Positions 9,743 through 19,133 of a DNA stretch of 64,000 nt are shown one piece after another; positions within the stretch are counted from its first letter, which is position 1; each line of letters opens with the position of its first letter. This stretch comes from Candidatus Krumholzibacteriia bacterium (GTDB lineage: Bacteria; Krumholzibacteriota; Krumholzibacteriia; JAJRXK01), in assembly GCA_041484665.1 (NCBI GenBank), contig JBGPIA010000002.1, positions 352,001 to 416,000 of the forward strand. Direction: 5' to 3'. The position numbers were made by a program, and so were the translations under genes. The notes beneath the pieces were generated by a model. It was not told where the DNA came from and ran no database searches. It saw only the letters and a program-made list of their open reading frames with translations.

Positions 9743-10390
9743 CTACCAGCGCGCGAGGGCGGCGCGGAAGGCGGGAACCGCTCCCGGCGCGGAATCCCCT
9801 CGCGTCAGCCCGGAGGCGACGGCGATCCCGGCCAGGCCGAGCCCGGCCAGCCGGTCCACGTTCTCCGGTCGGATCCCCCCGATCGCCAGCAGCGGCAGTG
9901 TAGAGGCGGCCACTGCGGCGGTCAACGCCGCCGGCCCGACGACCACGCTGTCCGCCCGCGTCGTGGTGGCGAACACCGACCCGAACGCCAGATAGTCCGC
10001 CTCGCGGGGTGCGCGCCGGATTTCCTCCAGCGCGTGGGTCGACCAGCCGATCAAGGCGTCGGGCCCCAGCAGCTGGCGGGCGTACCGCACGGGCAGGTCA
10101 TCCTGGCCCAGGTGCACGCCGTCGGCCCCACCGGCCAGCGCCACGTCGGCGCGGTCGTTGATCAACAGCGGCACACCCAGCGGGCGCAGCCGCGCCAGCA
10201 GCTCCTGGGCGCAGGCCAGGAGCGCGCCGGCCTCCCAGCCCTTGGCGCGCAGCTGCACCAGGTCGACGCCCTCGCGGGCGAGCTCCCACGCATGCGCCGC
10301 GAGCTGATCGCGCGGCAACAGGCCGGCGTCCACGAGCGCGTAGAGAATCGCAGGCCGCCGCCGCAGCCGCTCTGCGAAAGGGTGCGCCAT
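9743..10390 (-). CDS. thiE: thiamine-phosphate synthase
   Basis: VQLRAK, LINDRADVA, GVHLGQDD, STH, AIGGI. Confidence 0.93.
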   Translation of the reverse strand: MAHPFAERLRRRPAILYALVDAGLLPRDQLAAHAWELAREGVDLVQLRAKGWEAGALLACAQELLARLRPLGVPLLINDRADVALAGGADGVHLGQDDLPVRYARQLLGPDALIGWSTHALEEIRRAPREADYLAFGSVFATTTRADSVVVGPAALTAAVAASTLPLLAIGGIRPENVDRLAGLGLAGIAVASGLTRGDSAPGAVPAFRAALARW

Positions 10391-10393
10391 GGC

Positions 10394-11767
10394 CTAGGCC
10401 TCGGCGGCGCTCATGGCCTGCTTCAGCGCGCTGAGGTTCTCCTCCAGATAGCGCGTGGTGGCCCGACCCTCCACGAAGATGGGGTCCTCGAGCACGCGCA
10501 GGTGGAAGGGAATCGAGGTCGGCACGCCCTCGATCACCATCTCGCTGAGCGCGCGGCGCATGCGCGCCAAGGCCTCGGCACGGTCGGCGCCGTGGCAGAT
10601 GAGCTTGGCCAACAACGAGTCGTAGTGCGGCCCGACCACGTAATCGGCGTAGATGTGCGTGTCCAGCCGCACGCCCGGCCCGCCCGGCGGGTGGAACGTG
10701 AGGATCTTCCCCGGGCAGGGGGCGAAGTTGCGCCCGGGGTCCTCGGCGTTGATACGGCACTCGATGGCGTGGCCGCGCAGGCGGACGTCCTTCTGGCGGA
10801 TCGCCAGCCGCTCCCCCGAGGCGATCTTGATCATCTCCTTCACGATGTCCAGGTCGGTGACCATCTCGGTGACGGGGTGCTCCACCTGGATGCGCGTGTT
10901 CATCTCCATGAAGAAGAAGTTGCCGTCCTCGTCCAGCAGGAATTCGATGGTGCCGGCCGATGTGTAGCCCACCGAGCGGGCCAGCTGCACGGCCGCCTCG
11001 CCCATACGCGCGCGCAGCCGCTCGTCCACCGCCGGCGACGGAGACTCCTCGATGAGCTTCTGATGGCGCCTCTGCACCGAGCAGTCGCGCTCACCCAGGT
11101 GCACGATGGTGCCATGCGTGTCGCCCAAGAGCTGGATCTCGATGTGACGCGGGCGCTCCAGCAGTCGCTCCAGGTAGAGGTCGCCGTTCTTGAAGGCGGC
11201 CTCCGCCTCGGCGCGCGCGATGACGATGCCCGAGCGCAACTCCTCCTCGTCGGCGGCGGGGCGCATGCCCTTGCCGCCCCCACCGGCCGCGGCCTTGATC
11301 ATCACCGGATAGCCCAGGGCCGCGGCCTGCGCGGCGCCGTTATCCGGATCGCGCACCAACCCCGGGCTGCCGGGGATGACGGGGATGCCGGCAGCGACGG
11401 CGCTCTGCCGCGCCACGCTCTTGTCCCCCATCTTGCGGATGATCTCCGGCGCCGGACCGATCCACGTGAGGTCGCAACTCACGACGATCTCGGCGAACTC
11501 GGCGTTCTCGGCTAGAAACCCGTAGCCCGGATGCACGGCGTCGGCGCCGGTGATCTCGGCTGCGGCGATGATGCGCGGCACGTTGAGATAGCTCTGGGTG
11601 CCCAGCGGCCCGCCGATGCAGACCGACTCGTCGGCAAACTTGACGTGGAGCGATTCCGCGTCGGCGGTGGAGTGGACCGCCACGGTGGAGATGCCCAACT
11701 CGCGGCACGCGCGCATCACGCGCAGGGCGATCTCACCCCGATTGGCCACGAGCACCTTGTGGACCAT
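10394..11767 (-). CDS. accC: acetyl-CoA carboxylase biotin carboxylase subunit
   Basis: [44 protein letters not shown]. Confidence 0.97.
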   Translation of the reverse strand: MVHKVLVANRGEIALRVMRACRELGISTVAVHSTADAESLHVKFADESVCIGGPLGTQSYLNVPRIIAAAEITGADAVHPGYGFLAENAEFAEIVVSCDLTWIGPAPEIIRKMGDKSVARQSAVAAGIPVIPGSPGLVRDPDNGAAQAAALGYPVMIKAAAGGGGKGMRPAADEEELRSGIVIARAEAEAAFKNGDLYLERLLERPRHIEIQLLGDTHGTIVHLGERDCSVQRRHQKLIEESPSPAVDERLRARMGEAAVQLARSVGYTSAGTIEFLLDEDGNFFFMEMNTRIQVEHPVTEMVTDLDIVKEMIKIASGERLAIRQKDVRLRGHAIECRINAEDPGRNFAPCPGKILTFHPPGGPGVRLDTHIYADYVVGPHYDSLLAKLICHGADRAEALARMRRALSEMVIEGVPTSIPFHLRVLEDPIFVEGRATTRYLEENLSALKQAMSAAEA

Positions 11768-11869
11768 TGCAGCGCCTCCGCAAGGGCTGTGCGCGCTGCC
11801 GGCGGCGCGCGCCGCACCAAGATGCGCCAACAGCGGTCGGCGGGCAAGAGGCGAGGTCTGTGGACCGAG

Positions 11870-13015
11870 CTAGAGCTTGACGAACTCGCCCCGCGCCGGC
11901 TCCTTGGCCGCCGGCTTCTCGAAGCGGTCCCAGGAGGTGTCGGAGCTGGCGTGGATGCCCTTGATGCGCAGGCTGAACTCGTGGGGATTGGTAGAGGCGC
12001 GCAGCGCGTCCTCCAGGCTGATGCGCCCGGCCTTGAACAGCGCCATCAGCGACTGGTCGAAGCTCTGCATCTGGTAGGCGACGTACCCCTCGGTGACGGC
12101 GTCGGCGATCATGTGGGTCTTCTCGGGGTCGCGGATGTACTCCTGGATGGTGGTCGTATTGATCATGATCTCCACCGCGGGGACGCGGCCGTTGCCGTGG
12201 ATCTCACGGATCAGACGCTGGCTGACGATGGCGCGCAGAGTCGTGGAGAGCATGTAGCGGATCTCCTGGTGCTGGTGCGGCGGGAAGAAGCTGATGATGC
12301 GGTTGATGGTCTGGGTGGCATCGATGGTGTGGAGCGTGGAGAGCACCAGGTGCCCCGTGTCGGCGGCGGTGAGCGCCGTCTTCATGGTCTCGGCGTCGCG
12401 GATCTCGCCGATGAGGATCACGTTGGGGTCCTGGCGCAGGATGTGGCGCAGCGCCTCCAGGAAGCTGCTGGTGTCCGTGCCGACCTCGCGCTGATTGATG
12501 ATCGACTTCTTGTCCTTGTGGAGGAACTCGATGGGGTCCTCGATGGTGATGATGCTGCTGCAGAGCTCGCTGTTGATGGTGTTGATCATGCCGGCCAAGG
12601 TCGTCGACTTGCCAGAGCCGACCGTGCCCGTCACCAGGATCAGCCCGCGGGGCGACAGCGACAGCTCGCGGATGATGGTCGGGGTGTTGAGCTCCTCGAG
12701 GGCCTTGATCTCCACAGGCACGTGGCGGAACACCATGGCGAACGAGCCGCGCTGCACGTAGAAGTTTGCGCGGAAGCGGGCTAGCCCGGGCACGCCGAAG
12801 GCAAAGTCGACCTCGCGGGTGGTCTCGAACTGCTCTTTCTGGGCCGGCGTCAGGATGTGCTCGCAGACCGCCGTCATGTCGCGCGGCGTGGGCGCGGCGA
12901 ATTCGAGCGGCTGCAGGCGCCCGTGCACGCGCACCGTGGGGGGCACGCCGACCTTCAAGTGCAGGTCGCTGCCCTGGAACTCGATCATCTGTTGCAAAAT
13001 GGCTTTGATGTTCAT
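11870..13015 (-). CDS. PilT/PilU-family type IV pilus retraction ATPase (second paralog)
   Basis: SDLHLKVG, GTVGSGKSTT, TIEDPIEF, LRQDPNVILIGEIRD, TGHLVLSTLHT; TIQEYIRD in place of the AIRNLIRE motif. Confidence 0.92.
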   Translation of the reverse strand: MNIKAILQQMIEFQGSDLHLKVGVPPTVRVHGRLQPLEFAAPTPRDMTAVCEHILTPAQKEQFETTREVDFAFGVPGLARFRANFYVQRGSFAMVFRHVPVEIKALEELNTPTIIRELSLSPRGLILVTGTVGSGKSTTLAGMINTINSELCSSIITIEDPIEFLHKDKKSIINQREVGTDTSSFLEALRHILRQDPNVILIGEIRDAETMKTALTAADTGHLVLSTLHTIDATQTINRIISFFPPHQHQEIRYMLSTTLRAIVSQRLIREIHGNGRVPAVEIMINTTTIQEYIRDPEKTHMIADAVTEGYVAYQMQSFDQSLMALFKAGRISLEDALRASTNPHEFSLRIKGIHASSDTSWDRFEKPAAKEPARGEFVKL

Positions 13016-13149
13016 GGGCCGTCCACTCCCCGGCCGCGGGCCGGGTCGCCGCGCTCCCGGCCGTGCCGTATTGTGCCCTGTGGTTCCTCGTCGTCGGGAG
13101 CCACGCCCGCCCGGGGAGGTCCCGGACCGCTTGCGTGGGCGAAATGCAA

Positions 13150-13174
13150 GCGGCGGTCCAAGCCGGACCGCCGC
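13150..13174 (-). terminator. GC-rich hairpin after accB, probable intrinsic terminator
   Basis: 10-bp stem gcggcggtcc/ggaccgccgc with 5-nt loop, followed on the minus strand by ttgcattt. Confidence 0.5.
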
Positions 13175-13224
13175 GGGCCCGCGTGCCGTGCTGCGCCGCA
13201 CGGCGCCGCCGGCGGACCGGCTGC

Positions 13225-13728
13225 TCAGGCCGCCGTGTCGATCAGGAACAAGGGCTGGCCGAACTCGACGGGCTGGGCGTTCTCCACCAGGACCTCCCGC
13301 ACCACGCCCGAGATCTCGGCCTCGATCTCGTTCATGAGCTTCATCGCCTCGACGATGCACACCACGTCGCCCTTCTCGACGCGGTCGCCGGCGCGCACGT
13401 AGGGCTCGGCGTCGGGCGATGGCGCGCGGTAGAACGTGCCCACCATGGGGCTGGCGATTTCGCGCAGGGTCTCGCTGCCGCGCGCGACAGCGGTGGACGC
13501 GGGAGCGGGCGCCGCCGCTTCTGGGGCGGGCGCGGGCGCCGCGGCAGGCGCCGCAGCGGCAGCCACAGGGGGCGCCAAAGGGGATGTGGGCTGTGCTGTG
13601 GGCACCACCGTGACGCCGGCTTGGCCCTTGGAGATGCGGATCGTCTCGCCGCGGTTGGAGAGCTCCAGCTCCTGGATGCGACTCTCCTCCACCAGGCGGA
13701 TCAGCTCGCGGATCTTCTCGAGTTCCAT
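13225..13728 (-). CDS. accB: acetyl-CoA carboxylase biotin carboxyl carrier protein
   Basis: [22 protein letters not shown] biotinylation motif, Ala/Pro linker. Confidence 0.97.
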   Translation of the reverse strand: MELEKIRELIRLVEESRIQELELSNRGETIRISKGQAGVTVVPTAQPTSPLAPPVAAAAAPAAAPAPAPEAAAPAPASTAVARGSETLREIASPMVGTFYRAPSPDAEPYVRAGDRVEKGDVVCIVEAMKLMNEIEAEISGVVREVLVENAQPVEFGQPLFLIDTAA

Positions 13729-13750
13729 CGTGATCTGAGTAGGGTTTCCC

Positions 13751-14191
13751 TCAAGCGCGGGCGACGCGTAGATGCGCCACCAGCCCGCGCAGGGCCAGCG
13801 GGTAGCTGTCCGCGCCGAACCCCGCGATGACGCCCAGGGCGATGTCGCCCAACAGCGAACTCCGGCGGAACGGCTCCCGCGCCGCGACGTTGGTGCAGTG
13901 CACCTCGACGAATGGCAGCCCTACCGCCAGCAGCGCGTCGCGCAGCGCGACGCTGGTGTGGCCGAACCCGCCCGGGTTCACCACGAACCCCGCTGAAGTC
14001 GTGCTGCGCTGGATGCAATCGATCAGCTCGCCCTCGTGATTGGACTGGAAGGAGTCGATCTCCACGCCGAGGTCCGCGGCCAGCTGCACGAGCGCCGCGT
14101 CGATCTCGGCCAGGCCCACGCGGCCATAGAGATCGGGCTGCCGGCTCCCGAGCAAGTTGAGGTTAGGCCCGTGAAGGACCTGGATGTGCAT
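13751..14191 (-). CDS. aroQ: type II 3-dehydroquinate dehydratase
   Basis: [33 protein letters not shown]. Confidence 0.95.
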   Translation of the reverse strand: MHIQVLHGPNLNLLGSRQPDLYGRVGLAEIDAALVQLAADLGVEIDSFQSNHEGELIDCIQRSTTSAGFVVNPGGFGHTSVALRDALLAVGLPFVEVHCTNVAAREPFRRSSLLGDIALGVIAGFGADSYPLALRGLVAHLRVARA

Positions 14192-14269
14192 GCGTGCCCC
14201 TCCGCCCGGCGGCGGGCGTCCGGGAGCGCGGAGCCCGTGTCTCGAACCGGCGCGAGGATACGGGACCGG

Positions 14270-15415
14270 TCAGGAATTGCGAAGCTTCATCTTTTTGAGC
14301 CAGGACTGGAAGTGGTCGAAGTTCTCGGGCTCCGTACCATCTGGGTCCGGCCCCGCCGGTGGCGTCACTTGCGACGTGTGCGACGAGTGCGACGGCCACG
14401 GTGGCTGCGGTGATGGCGGCGGCTGCGGTGATGGCGGTGGCTGCTCTGGGTGGGATCGGTGCGGCACGCCGAGCGCAGCGTTGGCCCGCGCGGCGGGGTC
14501 CTGGCGCAAGGTGTCGCGCGCTGCTCCGTCACGGCGGGCCGCGTCGCGCGCGGGCGCGGCGCGGGGGCGCTCGGGTCCAGTCTCCTCGTCCGCAGGCGTG
14601 CGCAGGCGCGTCTCCATGACCTCGAGCGCGTGCAGCTCACCCTCGATGCGCGCGATACGTTCGGCGAGCTCAAAAGCGCGCTGGGGCGAGCGCGCGCTCA
14701 CGGAGCGGTAGATCTCCAGCGCCTTCGCCTTGAATCCCTGCTCGCAGTAGATGTCCGCCAAGGTGATCGTGGCGATCTCCGTCGCGCTGGGCGAGAGCGC
14801 CGCGGGCGCCGGGTCGGGCAGCGGTGGCGGGACGGGCTCGGGCGGCGCCGGAGGCACCGGCTGCGCCCGCTGCGGCGGCGGCGACGAAAGCACGTCGGAG
14901 CTGCTCAATGCGGTGAGCACCTCGGGCTTCAGCTTGCCGACCGGCGCGTTCACCGTCGCGGCGTCGGCCGGCGGCGGCGCCTGCGCGGCGCGCGCAGCGG
15001 CGAGCTCGGCGCGCAGGCTCGCGACCTGCTCCTGGGCCAGCGCGGACTCGGGGTCCGCCGCGGCGATCTGCTCCCAGAAGCGCAGCGCCTGCGCGCTGTC
15101 GCCCTGATCCTGCGCGTCCTGGGCCAGCTGGCGTAGTGCCACGAGGTTCTGGGGATCGATGCCGAGCACCTTCGCGAACGTCTCGCGCGCAGCGTCGAGC
15201 TCGCCGCGATCCACATGGACCTTGGCGAGGATCACGTACGCGCTCGAGTAGCGTGGGTGCAGTTGTAGACCCTCGCGGCAAAGGCGCAGCGCTTCCTCGA
15301 GACGACCGAGTTTTCGGTACGCGTCCGCCAGCGGCGCGAAGGCGCGTCCTTGCGGATTAGCCTCGTAGCGCTCGATGAGCCGTTGGAGCTCACGCTCGGG
15401 CGAGATGCTGCTCAC
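14270..15415 (-). CDS. cytoplasmic TPR protein with Pro-rich linkers
   Basis: N-terminal TPRs (FAPLADAYRKLG...), internal TITLADIYCEQG helix motif, QPPPSP repeats, C-terminal FQSWLKKMK. Confidence 0.8.
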   Translation of the reverse strand: MSSISPERELQRLIERYEANPQGRAFAPLADAYRKLGRLEEALRLCREGLQLHPRYSSAYVILAKVHVDRGELDAARETFAKVLGIDPQNLVALRQLAQDAQDQGDSAQALRFWEQIAAADPESALAQEQVASLRAELAAARAAQAPPPADAATVNAPVGKLKPEVLTALSSSDVLSSPPPQRAQPVPPAPPEPVPPPLPDPAPAALSPSATEIATITLADIYCEQGFKAKALEIYRSVSARSPQRAFELAERIARIEGELHALEVMETRLRTPADEETGPERPRAAPARDAARRDGAARDTLRQDPAARANAALGVPHRSHPEQPPPSPQPPPSPQPPWPSHSSHTSQVTPPAGPDPDGTEPENFDHFQSWLKKMKLRNS

Positions 15416-16560
15416 CGGCCTGCTCCTGCCCTGGGAACCCTGTGTGGACGGACCCGACCGGGGCGGCTGGGCGATGACGAATGGGGCGGCGCGCCGGACA
15501 GGAATCGGAGGGATCGACCAAGCATCGTCCGCTCGATCCTGTGGCCGAACGTAGCGGAGCCCACCCCGTGCGTCAAGACCATCCTGGCCTCTCCAGCCCG
15601 GCTCTTTTTGTCGTAACCAACTGCATTCAAGACACTTGCGGAGTCGCCCCGATCCCGCTCCACGGGCAGGCCCAGCTCCGTCAGCAACGCGCGCACGCGC
15701 GACAACGTTCCCGCCGGAGCAAGCCCGCGCCGCTCCGAGATCCAGCTAGCAGCAATCATGCCCAGGGAAATTGCTTCCCCGTGGAGCAGCCGGGGCCGCT
15801 GAGTGGCCTCCAGCGCATGCCCGACCGTATGGCCGAAATTCAGCAGAGCTCGGGGCCCCTCCTCGCGCGGATCGCGGGCGACGATGCGCGCCTTGACCGC
15901 GTTGGCGCGCCGGAGCACGGCCTCCCATGCCTCCAGATCCACGCCCGCCAGGCGGGGAGCCGTCCGCTCCAGGAGCGCGAACAAGGCACGGTCGGCAATC
16001 GCCCCGCACTTGACCACCTCCGCGAGGCCCGCCACCCGGTGTCGCCGCGGCAGCGTGCGCAGCGCCTCCAGCGCCCCGTAGACCCCTACGGGCTGGTGGA
16101 AAGCGCCGATCAGGTTTTTGACGCCTGCACCGTTCACGGCGGTCTTGCCACCGATGGCGCTGTCTGCCAGCGCCAGGCTGGTGGTGGCGAGCGGGCACCA
16201 AGCGATGCCGCGCAGGTACGTGGCGGCGAACAGGCCAACGGCGTCGCCCACCGTACCGCCGCCCACGGCGATAACCAGCGTCTGGCGGTCGGCTCGGGCA
16301 TCCAAGGCGGCGCGCGCGAGCGCCGCCAGCGTGCGCAACGACTTCACGCGCTCGCCGCCGTGCACGGCCACCACCCCCGCGCGCTCGCGCCGCGACAGCC
16401 CCGCGAGCGCCTGCGGGCAGCGCTGCAGCAGCGTGCGGTCGGCGATCACGAGCCAGCGGCGCTCGCCATGGTCGCGACGCAGCTCGGCCCAGGCCTGCGC
16501 GAACGTCGCGCGCAGTCGGACCGGGTAGGGCGGGTCCAGGTTGACGTGTAGATCGCTCAC
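15412..16560 (-). CDS. aroB: 3-dehydroquinate synthase
   Basis: GGGTVGD, DSAIGGKTAVN, KNLIGAFHQP, LNFGHTVGHALE, HGEAI; GTG start overlaps the upstream stop. Confidence 0.95.
   Translation of the reverse strand: MSDLHVNLDPPYPVRLRATFAQAWAELRRDHGERRWLVIADRTLLQRCPQALAGLSRRERAGVVAVHGGERVKSLRTLAALARAALDARADRQTLVIAVGGGTVGDAVGLFAATYLRGIAWCPLATTSLALADSAIGGKTAVNGAGVKNLIGAFHQPVGVYGALEALRTLPRRHRVAGLAEVVKCGAIADRALFALLERTAPRLAGVDLEAWEAVLRRANAVKARIVARDPREEGPRALLNFGHTVGHALEATQRPRLLHGEAISLGMIAASWISERRGLAPAGTLSRVRALLTELGLPVERDRGDSASVLNAVGYDKKSRAGEARMVLTHGVGSATFGHRIERTMLGRSLRFLSGAPPHSSSPSRPGRVRPHRVPRAGAGR
15548..15576 (-). promoter_or_regulatory. sigma-70-type promoter inside the 3' end of aroB, facing the TPR gene
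   Basis: Minus strand TTGACG-N17-TACGTT in a locally lower-GC patch. Confidence 0.55.
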
Positions 16561-17639
16561 GGCAGCGTGCGGAAGCTCTCGGCCACCGCGATGGCCTCGC
16601 GCATCCAGGGATGCTTGTCCATCCCCGGGCAGAAGACCAGGGCATTGATGGCGTACAGGCGCCGGCGTTGCGCATCGTAGACGAAGAACGTGCGGAACGG
16701 ACCCCCGCCCTCGCCCCCTTCGGATTCCCAGAAGCCCGCAAGCGTGAGCGTCGAGTCGCCGCGGAAATCCGCCCGTGCCCAGGTCAGGCCGCCCGCCTCC
16801 TGCAGACGCTCCTGCAGCAGCGCGGCCCCCAGCCGCCGCCGCAGCGCGAGCAGCGCGTCGCGATCCTGGAGGACCGCGGGGTCCGGCGCCGCCGTGTAGA
16901 ACACCGCGACCGTGCGCGTGGGATCCACCGCCGCAATCTCCACGCCCCCCTCCTGCGGGCCAAGCGTGGAGCGCGTCGGCCGGTAGGCAGCCGGCACGCC
17001 GAGCTGGAATCCCCCCTGCCGCTCCATGCGCGCCTCGACCGAGGCGCGGTGTCCCGCCGATAGCAGGCGCACGCGGATGCGCGCGCGACTGCTCCGCTCG
17101 AGGTCGTCCCGCAGAGCCGGGGCAGCGCGCTCCACCGCCTGCGCCATGGCGGTCGCGTCCGTGCCCACCAGGAACACCACGTGTTGGTTGCGCGCGTAGA
17201 CGTCCTCGCGCACGGCACGCTGGAGCCGGCCGTTCGCCAGGCTGGGCAATCGCCTGCCGGCGGTCCAGCGCCGCAGCTCGCGGGAGCCCGCGTCGGTCCC
17301 ATCCACCAGACCGAGCACGACCACATTCTTGTAGAGGGAGGCTCTGCCGAGCTGCCCGAGGGGCAGCGGATCGACCCGGAAGAGCGGTTCGGGCTGCAGG
17401 GAGGTGGCAGCGTCGACCTGCAGGCTGCGCTGCAGCGCCTGCGCGACCGGCGAGAGCGCCGCCGCGTCGAACAGCACGGCGACGTCGGAGTAGGAGCCTG
17501 CGGCAACCGGACCGCCGCTGCAGCCGGTGCAGGCCCACAGGAGCAGCGTCAGGGGCAGCGCGGAAGCGCCGCGCGCAACGTCAACGGCGAGGATCCGTGA
17601 CCGGGAGCGTGTCCGACGCGCTGAGGTTGGAGAGGTCAT
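16557..17639 (-). CDS. DUF4837-like lipoprotein (start uncertain)
   Basis: Hydrophobic segment plus Cys (LLLWACTGC); C-terminal GFWES...GGPF...ALVFCPGMDK resembles DUF4837. Confidence 0.65.
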   Translation of the reverse strand: MTSPTSARRTRSRSRILAVDVARGASALPLTLLLWACTGCSGGPVAAGSYSDVAVLFDAAALSPVAQALQRSLQVDAATSLQPEPLFRVDPLPLGQLGRASLYKNVVVLGLVDGTDAGSRELRRWTAGRRLPSLANGRLQRAVREDVYARNQHVVFLVGTDATAMAQAVERAAPALRDDLERSSRARIRVRLLSAGHRASVEARMERQGGFQLGVPAAYRPTRSTLGPQEGGVEIAAVDPTRTVAVFYTAAPDPAVLQDRDALLALRRRLGAALLQERLQEAGGLTWARADFRGDSTLTLAGFWESEGGEGGGPFRTFFVYDAQRRRLYAINALVFCPGMDKHPWMREAIAVAESFRTLP

Positions 17640-18348
17640 GGCCCCCCTGCTCCAGCAGGCGCCGGATCTCCGCATCCTCGCGCTGCAGCTCCTGCCGCCG
17701 CAGCAGCAGCTGTCTGCGGGCAGTGAGGTTCCCGGGATCCAGGAACGCATCGGTCCGCGCCGCGTCGTCGCGCGCCGGCAGAATGACCTGCCCGCTGCTG
17801 ACCACCTGCGGCTGGAAGGACGAATCCTCAACGAACCCCGGCAGATCCGCCGACCGGTCGGAGCGCGACTGTGGCCGCGCCGGCGCGGGCCGGGCCTGCT
17901 CCGCACGTCCGCCTCCGCCCGGCGCGGGCGATTGCTGCGCGACCCGCGGAGTATCGGAGTTTGTCACCTTGCCCGCCGAAGGGTCAAGGCCGCCGGGCAG
18001 CGATGTGCGCCCCAGGATCCACGCGCCGCCCACGAGCACGACCACTGCGGCCACCACCAATGCGCTGGCGCCTACGGGCAGCCAGAAGCGCTGGCGCGGC
18101 GGCGATTCGCGGCGGGCCGCTGCCTCGCGCAGGGCCTGCTGGATCTTCAGCTGCACCTTCCACTCGAAATTCACGGCGGGCGCCGCCAGGTGGGAGCGCA
18201 GCAGCTCGTGACCTTGCGCGAGCTGCGACTGGTACTGCACGCAGTCCGCGCACGACGCCAGGTGGCGCGCCAGGCCGGCTCGCTCGTACTCGGCGAGCGT
18301 CTCGTCCATCGATGTTGAGATGAGCAACCGAACGTCGGAGCACTTCAT
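17581..18348 (-). CDS. zinc-binding (zf-HC2/ZAS) anti-sigma factor with one TM helix
   Basis: MKC...HLASCADC (HxxxCxxC), single TM segment, directly downstream of an ECF sigma. Confidence 0.88.
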   Translation of the reverse strand: MKCSDVRLLISTSMDETLAEYERAGLARHLASCADCVQYQSQLAQGHELLRSHLAAPAVNFEWKVQLKIQQALREAAARRESPPRQRFWLPVGASALVVAAVVVLVGGAWILGRTSLPGGLDPSAGKVTNSDTPRVAQQSPAPGGGGRAEQARPAPARPQSRSDRSADLPGFVEDSSFQPQVVSSGQVILPARDDAARTDAFLDPGNLTARRQLLLRRQELQREDAEIRRLLEQGGHDLSNLSASDTLPVTDPRR

Positions 18349-18377
18349 GATGGCAGCCTCAGGGGTGGGGTCGGGAC

Positions 18378-19067
18378 TCAGACTTCGTCCTCGTCCGCGT
18401 TATGTCCGTTCGCCGGCGGCGCCACGGGCAGCCGCTCGCCGAGCATGGGTACGATGATCTGGCGAAAGTGCCCGCGCGCCCGATTGATCCGGCTGCGCAC
18501 GGTTCCCAGCTTCAGCCCAGTCACCGCCCGGATCTCCTCGTAGCTGAGCTGGTTGACCTCCCGCAGCAGGAACGGGATACGGTACTTCTCGGGAATCCGC
18601 GACGACGCCTCGGCCATCACCCGTTCGAGGTCCCGGCCGACGACCTCCTGCTCGGGGTTGGGGGCCGGATCGGCGATCTCGTGGAGCATCTCCTCACCGT
18701 CCCGATCGTCGCGGAAGAACAGCGAGAGCAGGGGTGGGGTGCGCCGCGCCTGGCGGAAGCGGTTACGGACCAGATTCGTCGCGATGGTGTACAGCCAGGT
18801 GGAGAACCGCGCGATCGTGCGGTACTTGTCCGCGTTCAGATACGCGCGGACGAAGGCGTCCTGGGCGACCTCCTCGGCCACGTCCGGCTGGCCCACCATA
18901 TGGAGGATGAAGTTGTACAACCGCAGCTTGTAGCGGGTGACCAGGATGTCGTAGCACGCCTTCTCGCCCGCCTGGACCCGGAGCATGAGCTCCTCATCGC
19001 TGAGGTCCTCACGGCGCACAGGGCGGCGCTCCGGGTCCAGCGGTGTGATGGGGGTCGAACTGCGCAC
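18378..19067 (-). CDS. ECF RNA polymerase sigma factor
   Basis: AEEVAQDAF, FSTWLYTIATN, LSYEEI...LGTVRSRINRAR; only sigma2 and sigma4 regions. Confidence 0.93.
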   Translation of the reverse strand: MRSSTPITPLDPERRPVRREDLSDEELMLRVQAGEKACYDILVTRYKLRLYNFILHMVGQPDVAEEVAQDAFVRAYLNADKYRTIARFSTWLYTIATNLVRNRFRQARRTPPLLSLFFRDDRDGEEMLHEIADPAPNPEQEVVGRDLERVMAEASSRIPEKYRIPFLLREVNQLSYEEIRAVTGLKLGTVRSRINRARGHFRQIIVPMLGERLPVAPPANGHNADEDEV

Positions 19068-19105
19068 CTGGACTCCACCTCTTCGGGTTCAGGGCCGGCC
19101 GTTTG

Positions 19106-19130
19106 TACGGCATGGCACGCCGCTGGTTCC
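19106..19130 (-). promoter_or_regulatory. ECF-type promoter, probably autoregulatory
   Basis: Minus strand GGAAC-N16-CGTA about 40 bp upstream of the ECF sigma start. Confidence 0.6.
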
Positions 19131-19133
19131 CGC

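Noticed and set aside
15412..17538. Apparent large N-terminal extensions or fusions on aroB (708 aa), and likewise fabD (581 aa), pilA (220 aa) and sucD (427 aa) in the ORF track
   Set aside because: The extensions are out-of-frame read-through of upstream genes or spacers; motif-bearing starts with RBS or stop/start overlaps lie downstream
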